Shown here: piece after piece, positions 1 through 10,110 of the stretch
Layout of the letters: each line of letters begins with the position of its first letter
Position numbering within the stretch: position 1 is the first letter of the stretch
Source: Moorellales bacterium
GTDB taxonomy: Bacteria; Bacillota; DSM-521; Neomoorellales; SLTJ01
Direction: 5' to 3'
Assembly (NCBI GenBank): GCA_049719955.1
Contig: JBNARC010000003.1
Coordinates: 9,953 to 73,952 of the forward strand
DNA: 64,000 nt
The notes under the pieces: generated by a model
What the model saw: only the letters and a program-made list of their open reading frames with translations
Database searches by the model: none
What the model was told of the DNA's origin: nothing
Made by a program: the position numbers and the translations under genes

Positions 1-175
<175 letters not shown>

Positions 176-212
176 GGGCGCTAACCGCACCGACTGAGGG
201 GGTATAGTCCGG

Positions 213-1454
213 TTGAAAAGGCGGGTGGTCATAACCGGCGTCGGAGTAATTTCTCCGGTGGGGACGGGCAAGGAGAAGTTTTGGGAGGCTCTAAAGGCGG
301 GACGCTCCGGCATAGGTCCGGTAACTCGCTTTGCTGCCGACGGGTTTCCTGCCCGCATCGCCGGCGAAGTAAGGGATTTCGAGCCTGGTGATTTCCTAGA
401 GAGGAAAGACATCAAGCGCATGGATCGTTTCGCCCAATACGCTGTAGCCGCCAGCAAGATGGCGGTGGCCGATGCCGGTATAGACCTGAGCCGGGAGGAC
501 AGGGAAAGAATCGGGGTCGTACTCGGTACCGGCATAGGCGGCACCGAGACCTTCGAGGAGCAGCACCAGATACTGCTGGAGAGGGGCCCGGGGAGAATAA
601 GTCCCTTCTTCATTCCCATGATGATCGCCAACATGGGTGCAGCTCAGATAGCGATCATACTGGGATTAAAAGGTCCCAATTTTACCGTCGTGAACGCCTG
701 CGCGGCCTCGGCCAGCGCCCTCGGCTCCGCCCTGCGGATCCTCCAGTACGGAGAGGCGGATGTGGTTATTAGCGGGGGCGCCGAAGCCTCGGTAACGCCC
801 ATGGCCCTAGGAGGCTTCTGCGCCATGAAGGCCCTCTCCCTTCGAAATGAAGAGCCAGAGCGCGCCAGCCGACCCTTTGATCGTTCGCGCGACGGTTTTG
901 TCCTGGCCGAGGGTGCAGGGGTCTTAGTACTGGAAACTCTGGAACACGCTTTGGCGCGAGGCGCCCGCATCTACGCCGAATTGGTAGGCTACGGGTGTAC
1001 GTGTGATGCCTACCATATCACCGCCCCGGCTCCGGATGCCGAGGCGGCAGCGAGGGCGTTGAGACTGGCTTTGGAAGATGCCGGTTTGAGCGTTGATGAG
1101 GTTGACTATATCAACGCCCACGGTACCTCGACCGACCTTAACGACAAGCTGGAGACGGAAGCCATCAAGAAGGTCTTCGGGCCTCGGGCCTACGAACTGG
1201 CCATCAGCTCTAACAAATCCATGATCGGACACCTACTTGGGGCGGCCGGAGCGGTGGAGCTAATAGCCACTACCCTAACCATCTACGAAGGGATTGTACC
1301 TCCGACGATCAATTACGAGCACCCGGATCCGGAGTGTGATCTTGACTATGTTCCCAATAGCGCGCGCCAAATGCGCGTGAGAGCCGCCCTCTCTAACTCC
1401 TTAGGTTTTGGGGGCCACAACGTGGCTTTGGCGGTGCGGCAGTATCGGGGGTAG
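213..1454 (+). CDS. fabF: 3-oxoacyl-ACP synthase II
   Basis: RRVVITGVG N-terminus, NACAAS catalytic Cys, INAHGTST and KSMIGHLLGAAG His motifs. Confidence 0.96.
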   Translation: MKRRVVITGVGVISPVGTGKEKFWEALKAGRSGIGPVTRFAADGFPARIAGEVRDFEPGDFLERKDIKRMDRFAQYAVAASKMAVADAGIDLSREDRERIGVVLGTGIGGTETFEEQHQILLERGPGRISPFFIPMMIANMGAAQIAIILGLKGPNFTVVNACAASASALGSALRILQYGEADVVISGGAEASVTPMALGGFCAMKALSLRNEEPERASRPFDRSRDGFVLAEGAGVLVLETLEHALARGARIYAELVGYGCTCDAYHITAPAPDAEAAARALRLALEDAGLSVDEVDYINAHGTSTDLNDKLETEAIKKVFGPRAYELAISSNKSMIGHLLGAAGAVELIATTLTIYEGIVPPTINYEHPDPECDLDYVPNSARQMRVRAALSNSLGFGGHNVALAVRQYRG

Positions 1455-1463
1455 GCCCCAAGG

Positions 1464-2171
1464 ATGATCGAGGAGGCGCGATACCAACAACTGGCGGAAC
1501 TGGCCCGCCTCTGCGGGGTAGAGGCGGCCGATCCCAAGCTCCTTAACGTTGCCCTTACCCATCCGACCTACGTATTCGAAAACCGGCAAGTGGCGGAGGA
1601 ACATAATCAACGCCTGGAGTTTCTGGGAGACGCCGTTCTCGGAATGCTGCTGGCCGAGTATCTGTACCTGGTCTATCCGGATAAGCCGGAGGGTGAACTA
1701 TCGAAGATGCGGGCCGCCGTGGCCTGCGAAGCCACGCTGGCCCGCAAGGCCAAGGAACTGGGGTTGGGTCGCTTCTTGCTCTTGGGACGGGGAGAAGAAA
1801 TCTCCGGCGGACGGGAGCGACCTTCCACCCTGGCGGACGCTTTTGAGGCCGTGGTAGCGGCAATTTATTTGGCCTGTGGCCTGGCGGCCGCCCGTCGGTT
1901 TGTCTGGGACCAACTCTCACCAGAACTGGAAAGTACTCCTTATAAAGATTTTAAGACCGAGCTCCAGGAACTGGTCCAGAGGCGAGGCGAAAGCGTCATC
2001 TACCGGGTGTTACAAGAAATGGGACCGGATCACAACAAGCGTTTTCAGGCCGGCGTTTTTCTTAAGGAGAAGCTTTTGGCCACTGGTTGGGGGAGAAGCA
2101 AGAAGGAGGCAGAGCAGCAGGCGGCACGAGGAGCACTCGAAAGGCTACGGCAGGAATTCCCTTCTACCTAG
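1464..2171 (+). CDS. rnc: Ribonuclease III
   Basis: NQRLEFLGDAVL signature and C-terminal dsRNA-binding domain (DFKTELQE...SKKEAEQQAA). Confidence 0.96.
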   Translation: MIEEARYQQLAELARLCGVEAADPKLLNVALTHPTYVFENRQVAEEHNQRLEFLGDAVLGMLLAEYLYLVYPDKPEGELSKMRAAVACEATLARKAKELGLGRFLLLGRGEEISGGRERPSTLADAFEAVVAAIYLACGLAAARRFVWDQLSPELESTPYKDFKTELQELVQRRGESVIYRVLQEMGPDHNKRFQAGVFLKEKLLATGWGRSKKEAEQQAARGALERLRQEFPST

Positions 2172-2179
2172 TCGAATAT
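2150..2179 (+). promoter_or_regulatory. Sigma-H-type promoter for spoVS
   Basis: GCAGGAATT (2150-2158), 12 bp spacer, GTCGAATAT (2171-2179); matches the AGGA...GAAT sigma-H consensus, and spoVS is sigma-H dependent in B. subtilis. Confidence 0.7.
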
Positions 2180-2238
2180 AATGCCTTGGGTGCTAAACCA
2201 CCAAGGGAGGGCTAGCGAATACAAGGGGGGTAACGGAC

Positions 2239-2499
2239 GTGGAAGTGCTCAAGGTATCGGCGCGCTCTAATCCTAAATCGGTGGCCGGAGCGCTGGCGGC
2301 GGTCTTCAGGCAGAACGGCAGAGCTGAAATTCAGGCGGTGGGGGCGGGAGCGGTTAACCAGGCGGTCAAAGCCATAGCGATTGCCCGGGGATATGTGGCA
2401 CCGAACGGAATTGATCTGGTAATGATTCCCGCATTTTCGGAGATCTCCATCGAGGGAGAAGAGAGAACGGCGATCCGCTTCATAGTAGAGCCGCGTTAA
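2239..2499 (+). CDS. spoVS: Stage V sporulation protein S
   Basis: 86 aa, MEVLKVSARSNPKSVAGALA...AVGAGAVNQAVKAIAIARG, typical SpoVS. Confidence 0.96.
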   Translation: MEVLKVSARSNPKSVAGALAAVFRQNGRAEIQAVGAGAVNQAVKAIAIARGYVAPNGIDLVMIPAFSEISIEGEERTAIRFIVEPR

Positions 2500-2595
2500 C
2501 CAGCCGGGAGAATGTCCCCTTGCTCTGGACTGCTCGCAAGAGCAGTTTTTTTATGCTAGAATGGAATTACCTTCCAAATTATGGAGGAGTAGACT

Positions 2596-5500
2596 TTGCA
2601 TATCCGAGAGTTGGAGGTAAGCGGTTTCAAATCCTTTCCCCACCGCATCCGTCTCGAATTCACCCCCGGCCTGACCGCCATCATTGGTCCCAACGGCTGC
2701 GGCAAGAGCAACCTGGTAGACGCCATGCGCTGGGTTCTGGGAGAGCAGAATCCGCGGGTCCTTAGGGCCGACCGCATGGAAGAACTAATTTTTGGCGGTA
2801 ACCACCGCCTGAAACCATTGGGCCGGGCGGAAGTATCTTTAACCCTGGATAACACCGACGGTCGTCTGGGCCTAGACTACGGAGAAATCAGGATTACCCG
2901 TCGGTTGTTCCGGTCCGGAGAAGGCGAATACTTGTTAAATCAAGTTCCCTGCCGCCTGCGGGACATTCAGCAGTTACTATGGGATACGGGCGTAAGTCGG
3001 CAGGGATTCGCGGTGATAGGTCAGGGTCAGGTGGAGGAGTTCCTGGCCGCCACTCCGGAAGAACGACGGGTGTTCCTCGAGGAGGCGGCAGGCGTCGTAC
3101 GGTACCACCATCGACGGAGAGAAGCAGAATTGAGGCTGGCCGAAACCAGAGCCCACCTGTCCCGCCTCCAGGACCTGTTGGCGGAACTGAGTACCCAACT
3201 AGCCAGTATGGAACCCGAGGTCGAAAGGGCCAGACGCTACCAGCAGGTGGAACAGGAAATTCGCGACCTGGAAAAGAAATTGCGCCTACTCCGCCTGCGT
3301 CATCTGGACGGACGGAGGGCCAAACTGGTGGAACGCCTCAATCAACTCTCGGCGGAGCGGGAGAAGGTCTGGATCCAAGCGCAAGAACTAGAGCGAGAGA
3401 AGAACGAACTGCAAAGCCGCCTGGAGGAGGCGGATCAAGCCCGCAGTTCCGGCCGACGTTTGTGGGAAGAAGCGACCGCCCGGCGCCAGGAATGGGAGAT
3501 CCGCCTAGAGTCCTCTGTTCGGGAGCGGGAAAGCGGCGAACGGGAGGAAACCCGACTGAAAGCGCGGCTAAATACGCTGCAAACGGCGTGGTTACGAAAC
3601 GAAGAAGAAATGCAGGCCATCCGGGCGGAGCTGGAAGCCCTGGAAGCCGAACGCTGCGGATTGGAGGCGGAGGAGAAGGTACAAAGAGCGGAATTGGCGG
3701 ACTTGGAGGCCCGGTGGGCGGAAGCGCTTCAGCGAGAACGGGAACGCCGCGCCCACTGGCACCAACGTTGGTCGGAATGGTTGGAGCTTCAGAATCGCTG
3801 GCGTGCCGCTACGGAACGGTGGCAACATTTTCGCATTCAGGGACAGCGGCTGTATGCCGAACGGGATCGGCTGCGGCAGGAGCAACTTCAGCTTAAGACC
3901 GAAATCCGCCACCTTCAGAGCCTGGTGACGGATGCCGACACCAGGGTGCGGGAGCTACAATCCCGACTGGTTCACTTCGATCGAGAGATGGGCCGTGGCA
4001 GAGAACGGCTGGGGTACCTGCGGGAAGAGGCAGAGCGGATCCGCCAGCGCTGGCAGGAAGGAAACCACCGCCTGACCGTGTTGCGGGAGTGGCAGCAAAA
4101 CTATGAAGGGTACTCGCAGGCGGTAAAAGCTCTCTTCTCTGCCCGTGAACGATTATGGCCCGACCATCAGGGACTGATAGGGGTAGTAGCCGAAGTACTA
4201 AAGGCTCCGCCGGAACTGGAAGTCGCCATTGAAGCCGCCTTGGGCTCCGCCCTGCAGTTTGTAGTCACCCGAACCGAAGCCGATGCCCAACGGGCCATTG
4301 CCTATCTAAAGGCCACCGGCTCCGGTCGGGTTACCTTCCTGCCACTCGACGCCATTAGACCCCGCCGCCTGCCGGTAGACCGATCAGTGATCGGCTGGGC
4401 AGGGGTGGTGGGTATAGGTTCAGAGCTGGTGAGCACGGCAAAGGATTGCGGGCCGGTGGCGGCCCACCTGTTGGGCGACCTCTTAATCATGGAGCGGCTG
4501 GAGCAGGCCTTGGCTCTGTCGCGACGTTTCGGATATCGGATACGCGTGGTCACCTTGGAAGGCGATCTGCTACATCCCGGGGGTTCCCTTACCGGGGGTA
4601 GTCTGAGAGGTCGTACCGGACGCCTGCTGTCCCGTTCGCGGGAAATCACCGAACTGGCCTTGCGCGTGGAAGCCGAGGGGCAGAAATTCGTGCGACTGCA
4701 GGGAGAAATCGCGGATCTCGAAAGGAATCTTTCCTTGCAGGCAGAAGAAGCCAAGCATCTTCAGGAGGAGTTGTGGCAGGCCAAGAGCGAGCTAGACACC
4801 CGGCGCCGCCAGGCTCAAGAAGCCTCCGAACGATTACTTGACGTCGAAAGAAAGCTGACGGTGATTCAGGCGGAGCTGGAACAGTGGGAAGAGGGATTTC
4901 GGGAAATGACTTCCCACCGAGAACAGTTGGAGCGGGACATAGCCGGTGGCCAACCAATGTTACCGGAGGATCCCGACGGCGCTCCGGACGTTCTTAGCCG
5001 GGAATTCGAAGCTCGCCGTGAGGAACTGCTGGCGTCGGCCGCCGAAACCCGGGGGCGCTTGGCGAACGTAAGGCAGCTAGAAGAACGGGCGCGAGGACGT
5101 CTGGCCGGGCTTAGTGAGGCGCAGGCCCGCCTACTAAAGGAGACGGAAGGAGAGGAGGCGGCCCTCGCCCAGGTGCGCGCTCGCCTGGAGGCGGTGGGGC
5201 AAGAAGGGGATCGGGCCCGGAGCCGGGTTCAAGAGTGGAGGGCCCGCGAACAGGCTCTTCGGCAGGCCTACCTTGAGGCCGAGGCCCGTTACCGGGAGAC
5301 AGAAGCCGCGTTGCGTGGCAAGGAAAGAGCACTGGCAGCCGCCCTTGAGCAGCAAAGGTCCTTGGAGCGTAGGTTAGAAGACATGGATAGAGAAAGGCGA
5401 GAGGTAGACTCCGCCCGAAAGGCGGAACTGGAGTTACTACGGGAACTCTACGGCTGGGACGAGCAGGCGGAATCTCCCCAGTTCAACTGCACCGAGCCCG

Positions 5501-6174
5501 AACTCCGGCGGTTACTGGATTCCAAGTTGGGTGAAAGGGAGGAACTGGGGAAGGTAGACCTGGCGGTGTTGGCCGAATACCGAAGGCTCCAAGACCGATA
5601 CCGAGCGCTGTCGGAGCAGGTGGCCGATCTAGAGGCGGCCCGCTCTGCCTGCTGCCGGGCAATTGCTGAAGTGGAAAAGCTAATGGAAGAAAGATTAGGC
5701 AATACTTTGGCGGCAGTAAATGGGCACCTGGAACGTCTTTTCCCTGCTTTATTCGGAGGCGGACAGGCCTGGCTCGACGCCCCCGCCGGTGCCAGGCTAC
5801 TTGACGGGGGAGTAGAATTGAAAGTTCGTTTGCCCGGCAAGCGAATACCCAACCTTGCCCTCCTATCGGGAGGGGAGAAGGCCTTGGCGGCCGTCGCGGT
5901 GCTTTTCTCCTTATTGCTGGTCAAGCCAAGCCCCTTCTGCCTCCTGGACGAGATCGATGCCTCCCTGGATGAAGCCAACGTGAGGCGGTTCGCCGACTTC
6001 TTACGCCGGCTGGCCGCCGAGCAGCAGTTTATCGTAGTCTCCCACCGCGCCAGTACCGTGGAGGTGGCGGACACGGTTTACGGCCTCACCATGGAAGAAG
6101 AAGGAGTATCGAAGTTGGTTTCCGTAAGGCTACCCGGGGATAGGCAACCCGGCAAAGACCGGAACATTGTCTAG
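2596..6174 (+). CDS. smc: Chromosome segregation protein SMC
   Basis: GFKSF, Walker A GPNGCGKSN, long coiled coils, hinge GRVTFLPLD, LSGGE signature, LLDEIDASLD Walker B. Confidence 0.96.
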   Translation: MHIRELEVSGFKSFPHRIRLEFTPGLTAIIGPNGCGKSNLVDAMRWVLGEQNPRVLRADRMEELIFGGNHRLKPLGRAEVSLTLDNTDGRLGLDYGEIRITRRLFRSGEGEYLLNQVPCRLRDIQQLLWDTGVSRQGFAVIGQGQVEEFLAATPEERRVFLEEAAGVVRYHHRRREAELRLAETRAHLSRLQDLLAELSTQLASMEPEVERARRYQQVEQEIRDLEKKLRLLRLRHLDGRRAKLVERLNQLSAEREKVWIQAQELEREKNELQSRLEEADQARSSGRRLWEEATARRQEWEIRLESSVRERESGEREETRLKARLNTLQTAWLRNEEEMQAIRAELEALEAERCGLEAEEKVQRAELADLEARWAEALQRERERRAHWHQRWSEWLELQNRWRAATERWQHFRIQGQRLYAERDRLRQEQLQLKTEIRHLQSLVTDADTRVRELQSRLVHFDREMGRGRERLGYLREEAERIRQRWQEGNHRLTVLREWQQNYEGYSQAVKALFSARERLWPDHQGLIGVVAEVLKAPPELEVAIEAALGSALQFVVTRTEADAQRAIAYLKATGSGRVTFLPLDAIRPRRLPVDRSVIGWAGVVGIGSELVSTAKDCGPVAAHLLGDLLIMERLEQALALSRRFGYRIRVVTLEGDLLHPGGSLTGGSLRGRTGRLLSRSREITELALRVEAEGQKFVRLQGEIADLERNLSLQAEEAKHLQEELWQAKSELDTRRRQAQEASERLLDVERKLTVIQAELEQWEEGFREMTSHREQLERDIAGGQPMLPEDPDGAPDVLSREFEARREELLASAAETRGRLANVRQLEERARGRLAGLSEAQARLLKETEGEEAALAQVRARLEAVGQEGDRARSRVQEWRAREQALRQAYLEAEARYRETEAALRGKERALAAALEQQRSLERRLEDMDRERREVDSARKAELELLRELYGWDEQAESPQFNCTEPELRRLLDSKLGEREELGKVDLAVLAEYRRLQDRYRALSEQVADLEAARSACCRAIAEVEKLMEERLGNTLAAVNGHLERLFPALFGGGQAWLDAPAGARLLDGGVELKVRLPGKRIPNLALLSGGEKALAAVAVLFSLLLVKPSPFCLLDEIDASLDEANVRRFADFLRRLAAEQQFIVVSHRASTVEVADTVYGLTMEEEGVSKLVSVRLPGDRQPGKDRNIV

Positions 6175-6191
6175 AGGGAAGGAGATCTGAG

Positions 6192-7100
6192 GTGGCCCTG
6201 CTGGATAAACTCAAGGAAAAGCTCCACAAGACCCGGACCAGTTTTGCCAGCCGACTGGGCGATCTGTTTCAACGTTTTCCCGAACCCGACGAGAATTTCT
6301 TTGAAGAATTGGAAGCCGTTCTCATCGCTGCCGATGTGGGAGTAGAATCCAGTACCGCCTTAGTGGAAAGCTTGCGCCGTCGGGTGAAGGAAGAACGCTT
6401 ACATGACCCCGAGGTCATTCGTACTACCCTTCGACAAGAGATACAGGCCATACTGGAGGCCGGACATGTACCCTTGCAGCTCGAAGGAAAACCGGCCGTA
6501 GTAATGGTGGTGGGCGTAAACGGAACCGGCAAGACCTCCACCGTAGGCAAGCTGGCCTGGCGTCTGCGCCGGGAAGGTAAAGGAGTACTGCTGGCCGCGG
6601 CCGACACTTTTCGAGCTGCGGCCGACGAACAATTGGCGGTTTGGGCGGCCAGGGCCGGCGTGGAAATACTGCGCCACCAGTCCGGCGGCGATCCCGCGGC
6701 GGTGGCTTTTGACGCCGTCACCGCGGCCAGAAACCGAGCTCTGGACGTAGTATTGGTAGATACCGCCGGGCGCTTACACACCCAGGCCAACCTCATGGCG
6801 GAACTGGAGAAGATCAAGAGGGTAATAGGCAAGGCCATGCCTGGGGCTCCGCAGGAGATTTTGCTGGTGGTTGATGCCACCACCGGACAGAACGCCCTGG
6901 TCCAGGCCCAAACCTTTCACCAAGCCCTCGGGCTAACCGGTCTAGTCCTGACCAAGTTGGACGGCACGGCGAAAGGCGGCATAGTGGTAGCCATCAAGAG
7001 GGCGCTGGGGATCCCGGTGAAGCTGGTGGGTTTGGGTGAGGGGCTAGAGGATCTTCAAGATTTTAGCCCTGAAATTTTTGCTCAGGCTTTGTTTGCCTAA
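6192..7100 (+). CDS. ftsY: SRP receptor FtsY
   Basis: GVNGTGKT, DTFRAAA, DTAGR, TKLDGTAKGG motifs; follows smc. Confidence 0.96.
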   Translation: MALLDKLKEKLHKTRTSFASRLGDLFQRFPEPDENFFEELEAVLIAADVGVESSTALVESLRRRVKEERLHDPEVIRTTLRQEIQAILEAGHVPLQLEGKPAVVMVVGVNGTGKTSTVGKLAWRLRREGKGVLLAAADTFRAAADEQLAVWAARAGVEILRHQSGGDPAAVAFDAVTAARNRALDVVLVDTAGRLHTQANLMAELEKIKRVIGKAMPGAPQEILLVVDATTGQNALVQAQTFHQALGLTGLVLTKLDGTAKGGIVVAIKRALGIPVKLVGLGEGLEDLQDFSPEIFAQALFA

Positions 7101-7124
7101 AGCCAGGATAGGAGGAGAAGAACC

Positions 7125-8174
7125 ATGCCCAAAGTTAGCCCCCTCTTCTGGGCCGAAGGGAAGCTTCACCTGCTGGATCAGAACCGGCTTCCTCACGAAG
7201 TATATTACCACGCCTGCAGTTCTTACAAACAAGTGGCCCAAGCGATTCGGGACATGACCGTAAGAGGGGCTCCGGCTATAGGCATAGCCGCGGCCTTTGG
7301 AGTAGTTCTGGCCGGCAGTCGAGCTCTGGCGGAACGCCAACCCTTGGCCACGGCCATTCCCAAGGCTATTGCTGAACTCGGCGGCACCCGCCCCACGGCC
7401 GTGAACCTCTTCTGGGCCTTAGAACGCATGCAGCGGTGCTGGGAAGAACACCAAACGCTGGCCCCGGAGGCTAGCGTAGCCGCGCTAGAAGAGGAGGCCA
7501 AGAGCATTCTCCAAAAAGAAGAGGAGGCCAACCAGCGACTTTCCGAGTTAGGCGCCACCCTAGTGCCCAAAGGGGCCCGCATCCTTACCCACTGCAACGC
7601 CGGCGCCCTAGCTACGGCGGGCTACGGCACCGCTTTGGGAGTGGTGCGCGCCGCCCACGAAGCGGGCAAGGTGGAAATGGTATACGCGGATGAAACCCGT
7701 CCTCGTCTTCAGGGGGCCCGGCTGACGGCTTGGGAACTATCCGTCGAAGGAATTCCCGTCACCGTTATCTGCGACAACATGGCCGCTTGGTTTATGGCTC
7801 AAGGAAAGATTGACCTGGTAATCGTAGGCGCAGACCGTATTGCGGCCAACGGCGACGTAGCCAACAAGGTCGGAACCTATGCTCTGGCGATCGTGGCTTC
7901 CTACCACCGCATTCCCTTCTACGTGGCCGCTCCCACCAGCACTATTGACCTTCGCACCTCCAGCGGGCGAGAGATACCAATAGAAGAAAGACCCCACGAG
8001 GAGGTTTCCCACTGGGAGGGTAGGCCGATACACCCTGCGGGGGTCGGGGTGGCTAATCCCGCCTTCGATGTTACTCCGGCAGAACTCGTCCGGGCCATTA
8101 TCACCGAAAAGGGAATTCTTCGCCCGCCTTATGGGGAAAGCCTACAGAACCTTTTTTCCTCCTGCGCCGTCTAA
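7125..8174 (+). CDS. mtnA: S-methyl-5-thioribose-1-phosphate isomerase
   Basis: VRGAPAIG, RPTAVNL, LTHCNAGALAT, ETRPRLQGARLTAWEL, NPAFDVTP. Confidence 0.93.
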   Translation: MPKVSPLFWAEGKLHLLDQNRLPHEVYYHACSSYKQVAQAIRDMTVRGAPAIGIAAAFGVVLAGSRALAERQPLATAIPKAIAELGGTRPTAVNLFWALERMQRCWEEHQTLAPEASVAALEEEAKSILQKEEEANQRLSELGATLVPKGARILTHCNAGALATAGYGTALGVVRAAHEAGKVEMVYADETRPRLQGARLTAWELSVEGIPVTVICDNMAAWFMAQGKIDLVIVGADRIAANGDVANKVGTYALAIVASYHRIPFYVAAPTSTIDLRTSSGREIPIEERPHEEVSHWEGRPIHPAGVGVANPAFDVTPAELVRAIITEKGILRPPYGESLQNLFSSCAV

Positions 8175-8207
8175 GAGGCAAGGAAAAACTCTTAGGAGGT
8201 CAGGCAG

Positions 8208-8957
8208 ATGGCAAGAGGGAAGTGGTGGCAGATGGCGGTATTGTTGGCGGGGCTAAGCCTGATAGGGATGGGTCCCAGGGGGCCGGAGCCAGCGGTGGCT
8301 CAGGGGACGGCCGGCACGGAAGCGTGGCGTTCTACCATTACCGTGCAGGGTCAAGGAGAGGCGGTGGCGGCGCCCGACCAAATGCTGCTGGATGTAGGAG
8401 TGGTTACTACCGCGGGTACGGCCCGGGAGGCCCAGCAGGAAAACGCCCGGCGGGCGGACCAGGTGATCAAGGGCCTGCTGGCGCAGGGAATCGATAGGAA
8501 GGACATACAAACGGTGAACTACGGCGTGTACCCGGAGTACGACTACCGGCCGGAGAAAGAGGGCCAACCGCCAAAGATCACCGGCTATCGGGTGATCAAC
8601 ACCCTGAGGGTACGGGTAAGGAACCTCGAACAGGCCGGCCTGATCATCGACCGGGCGGTAGGTGACGGGGCCAACCAGGTGCAGAGCCTGCAGTTCGTGC
8701 TGAGCGACACCGCCGCGGTGCAGTCTGAAGCCCTGGCCAGGGCGGTAGCAGACGCCCGGCACAAGGCCGAGGCGCTGGCCCGGGCGGTGGGTCGGTCCCT
8801 TGGCGAGGTATTGAGCGTGCAGGAGGGTGGGACGAGCGTTCCGCAGCCGATCTACCGAGCCCTCGACCTGGGTGGCGCCGGCCAGGCAGCTACACCCGTG
8901 GAGCCGGGACAACTCAGTTTTGCCGCGTCGGTGCAAGTGGTATTTGCGTTAAAGTAG
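8208..8957 (+). CDS. SIMPL/DUF541-domain secreted protein
   Basis: Signal peptide, TITVQGQGEAVAAPD, AVADARHKAEALA, C-terminal PGQ...ASVQVVF. Confidence 0.85.
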   Translation: MARGKWWQMAVLLAGLSLIGMGPRGPEPAVAQGTAGTEAWRSTITVQGQGEAVAAPDQMLLDVGVVTTAGTAREAQQENARRADQVIKGLLAQGIDRKDIQTVNYGVYPEYDYRPEKEGQPPKITGYRVINTLRVRVRNLEQAGLIIDRAVGDGANQVQSLQFVLSDTAAVQSEALARAVADARHKAEALARAVGRSLGEVLSVQEGGTSVPQPIYRALDLGGAGQAATPVEPGQLSFAASVQVVFALK

Positions 8958-9108
8958 CCTTTCGGTAGCGCGGTTCCGGTCTCGGACGCCAGCAACTCGA
9001 CGCCCGGCGGGTGCTGGTCACAACCGGTTAGGCAACCGTGGAGGGGGCCCGGGTCCCGGCCCGGGCCCGGGCCAAAAGGGATCGGATACAGTGGTGGGGA
9101 GGGAAACC

Positions 9109-10010
9109 GTGGGCAGGAAAACCTTGGCGGTAGGACTGGTTCTGGTGCTGGTGCTGGCGGCGGTGTTGGCCGACTGTGGCCGCAGCCCGAAGGTGGTACC
9201 CGCCGCCGCACCGGCACCGGCGGATAAGGCGGTAGTCCAGAAGACTTCGGAAACGCAGGCGGTGGAAGCCCTGGCCTCCGGGCTGCAAGATTCCTAGACC
9301 GGGACCGACCTGGAGCGGGCTTACGCCTCGGTGGAAGCTATGCAGGAGCGCAAGGTGGTGCGCCATGCGGAGCTTATGCTGGAAGTGACCTCGGTGGAAG
9401 AGGCGGTGAAGGAACTGGAGCGGGAGGCGGCCCAATTGGGGGGTCTGGTGGCCCAGGCCGAGTTCGACCGATACGATGCCAGGACCCGGGCGCACCTGGA
9501 GTGCACGTGCCGTCGGATAAATTGGATGTCCTTTTGGCCTGGGTGCCGGAATTGGGAGAGGTCAAAACGCAGCGCGTTTACAGCGAGGACGTCACCGAGG
9601 ATTACATTGACCTGGAGGCCCGAGTGAAAACCCTGACTGCCCAGAAAGAGCGCCTAACCGAGCTCCTTGAGCGGGCCCGCACCGTCGAAGACATCCTGAA
9701 GGTGGAGAAGAAGTTGGAGCGGGTTCGCGCGGAAAGGGAATCCTTAAGCGGAAAGCTAAACTACCTCCGTCACCGGGTTACTTACGCCCGGGTCCGTCGA
9801 GGTGAGGCAATCCCCGGTGGCAGAGCCGGTACCACCGGCTCAAGGTTTTAAGGGTTTAGGCGTCAGGACGGGCAAGGCCTTTCTTTCAGGCTGGAACGCA
9901 CTTCAGAAACTGATTGTTTCCATTGTCCTTGGATCCCGCTACTGGCGCTAGTAGCGGTTCTGGCCTGGCGATTGTGCCTCCATCGGCGTCGGGCTTCGGA
10001 CCGCCACTAC
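9109..10010 (+). pseudogene. Degraded DUF4349-domain lipoprotein gene
   Basis: GGAGGG RBS, GTG at 9109, lipobox-like LAAVLADC; in-frame TAG at 9295-9297; DUF4349-like segments (RKVVRHAEL; VPSDKLD...EDVTEDYIDLEAR...LNYLRHRVTYA; PWIPLLALV TM) split over frames by shifts near 9500, 9795 and 9925. End coordinate approximate. Confidence 0.75.
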
Positions 10011-10041
10011 CCCCGGTGCGCCATCGACGGTGCTGGAGGGG

Positions 10042-10070
10042 TTGACTTTCAACGGCAATTCCCTTAGTAT
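10042..10070 (+). promoter_or_regulatory. Putative sigma-A promoter of the ffh operon
   Basis: TTGACT-17 bp-TAGTAT, 40 bp upstream of the ffh start. Confidence 0.55.
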
Positions 10071-10110
10071 TTACCTGTAACTCAGGGGCCGCCGAGCGAG
10101 GAGGACCGCC

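Noticed and set aside
2979-3896. 305-aa alternative-frame ORF inside smc, and the many antisense ORFs in the track
   Set aside because: These are shadow ORFs typical of GC-rich coding DNA; they have low-complexity G/R/P composition and fully overlap confident genes.
9043-9073. CCCGGG-rich palindromic run
   Set aside because: Low-complexity GC sequence with no further copies recognised.
9295-9297. In-frame TAG as pyrrolysine or programmed readthrough
   Set aside because: The same gene has several frameshifts and no pyl genes are in view; pseudogenisation is simpler.
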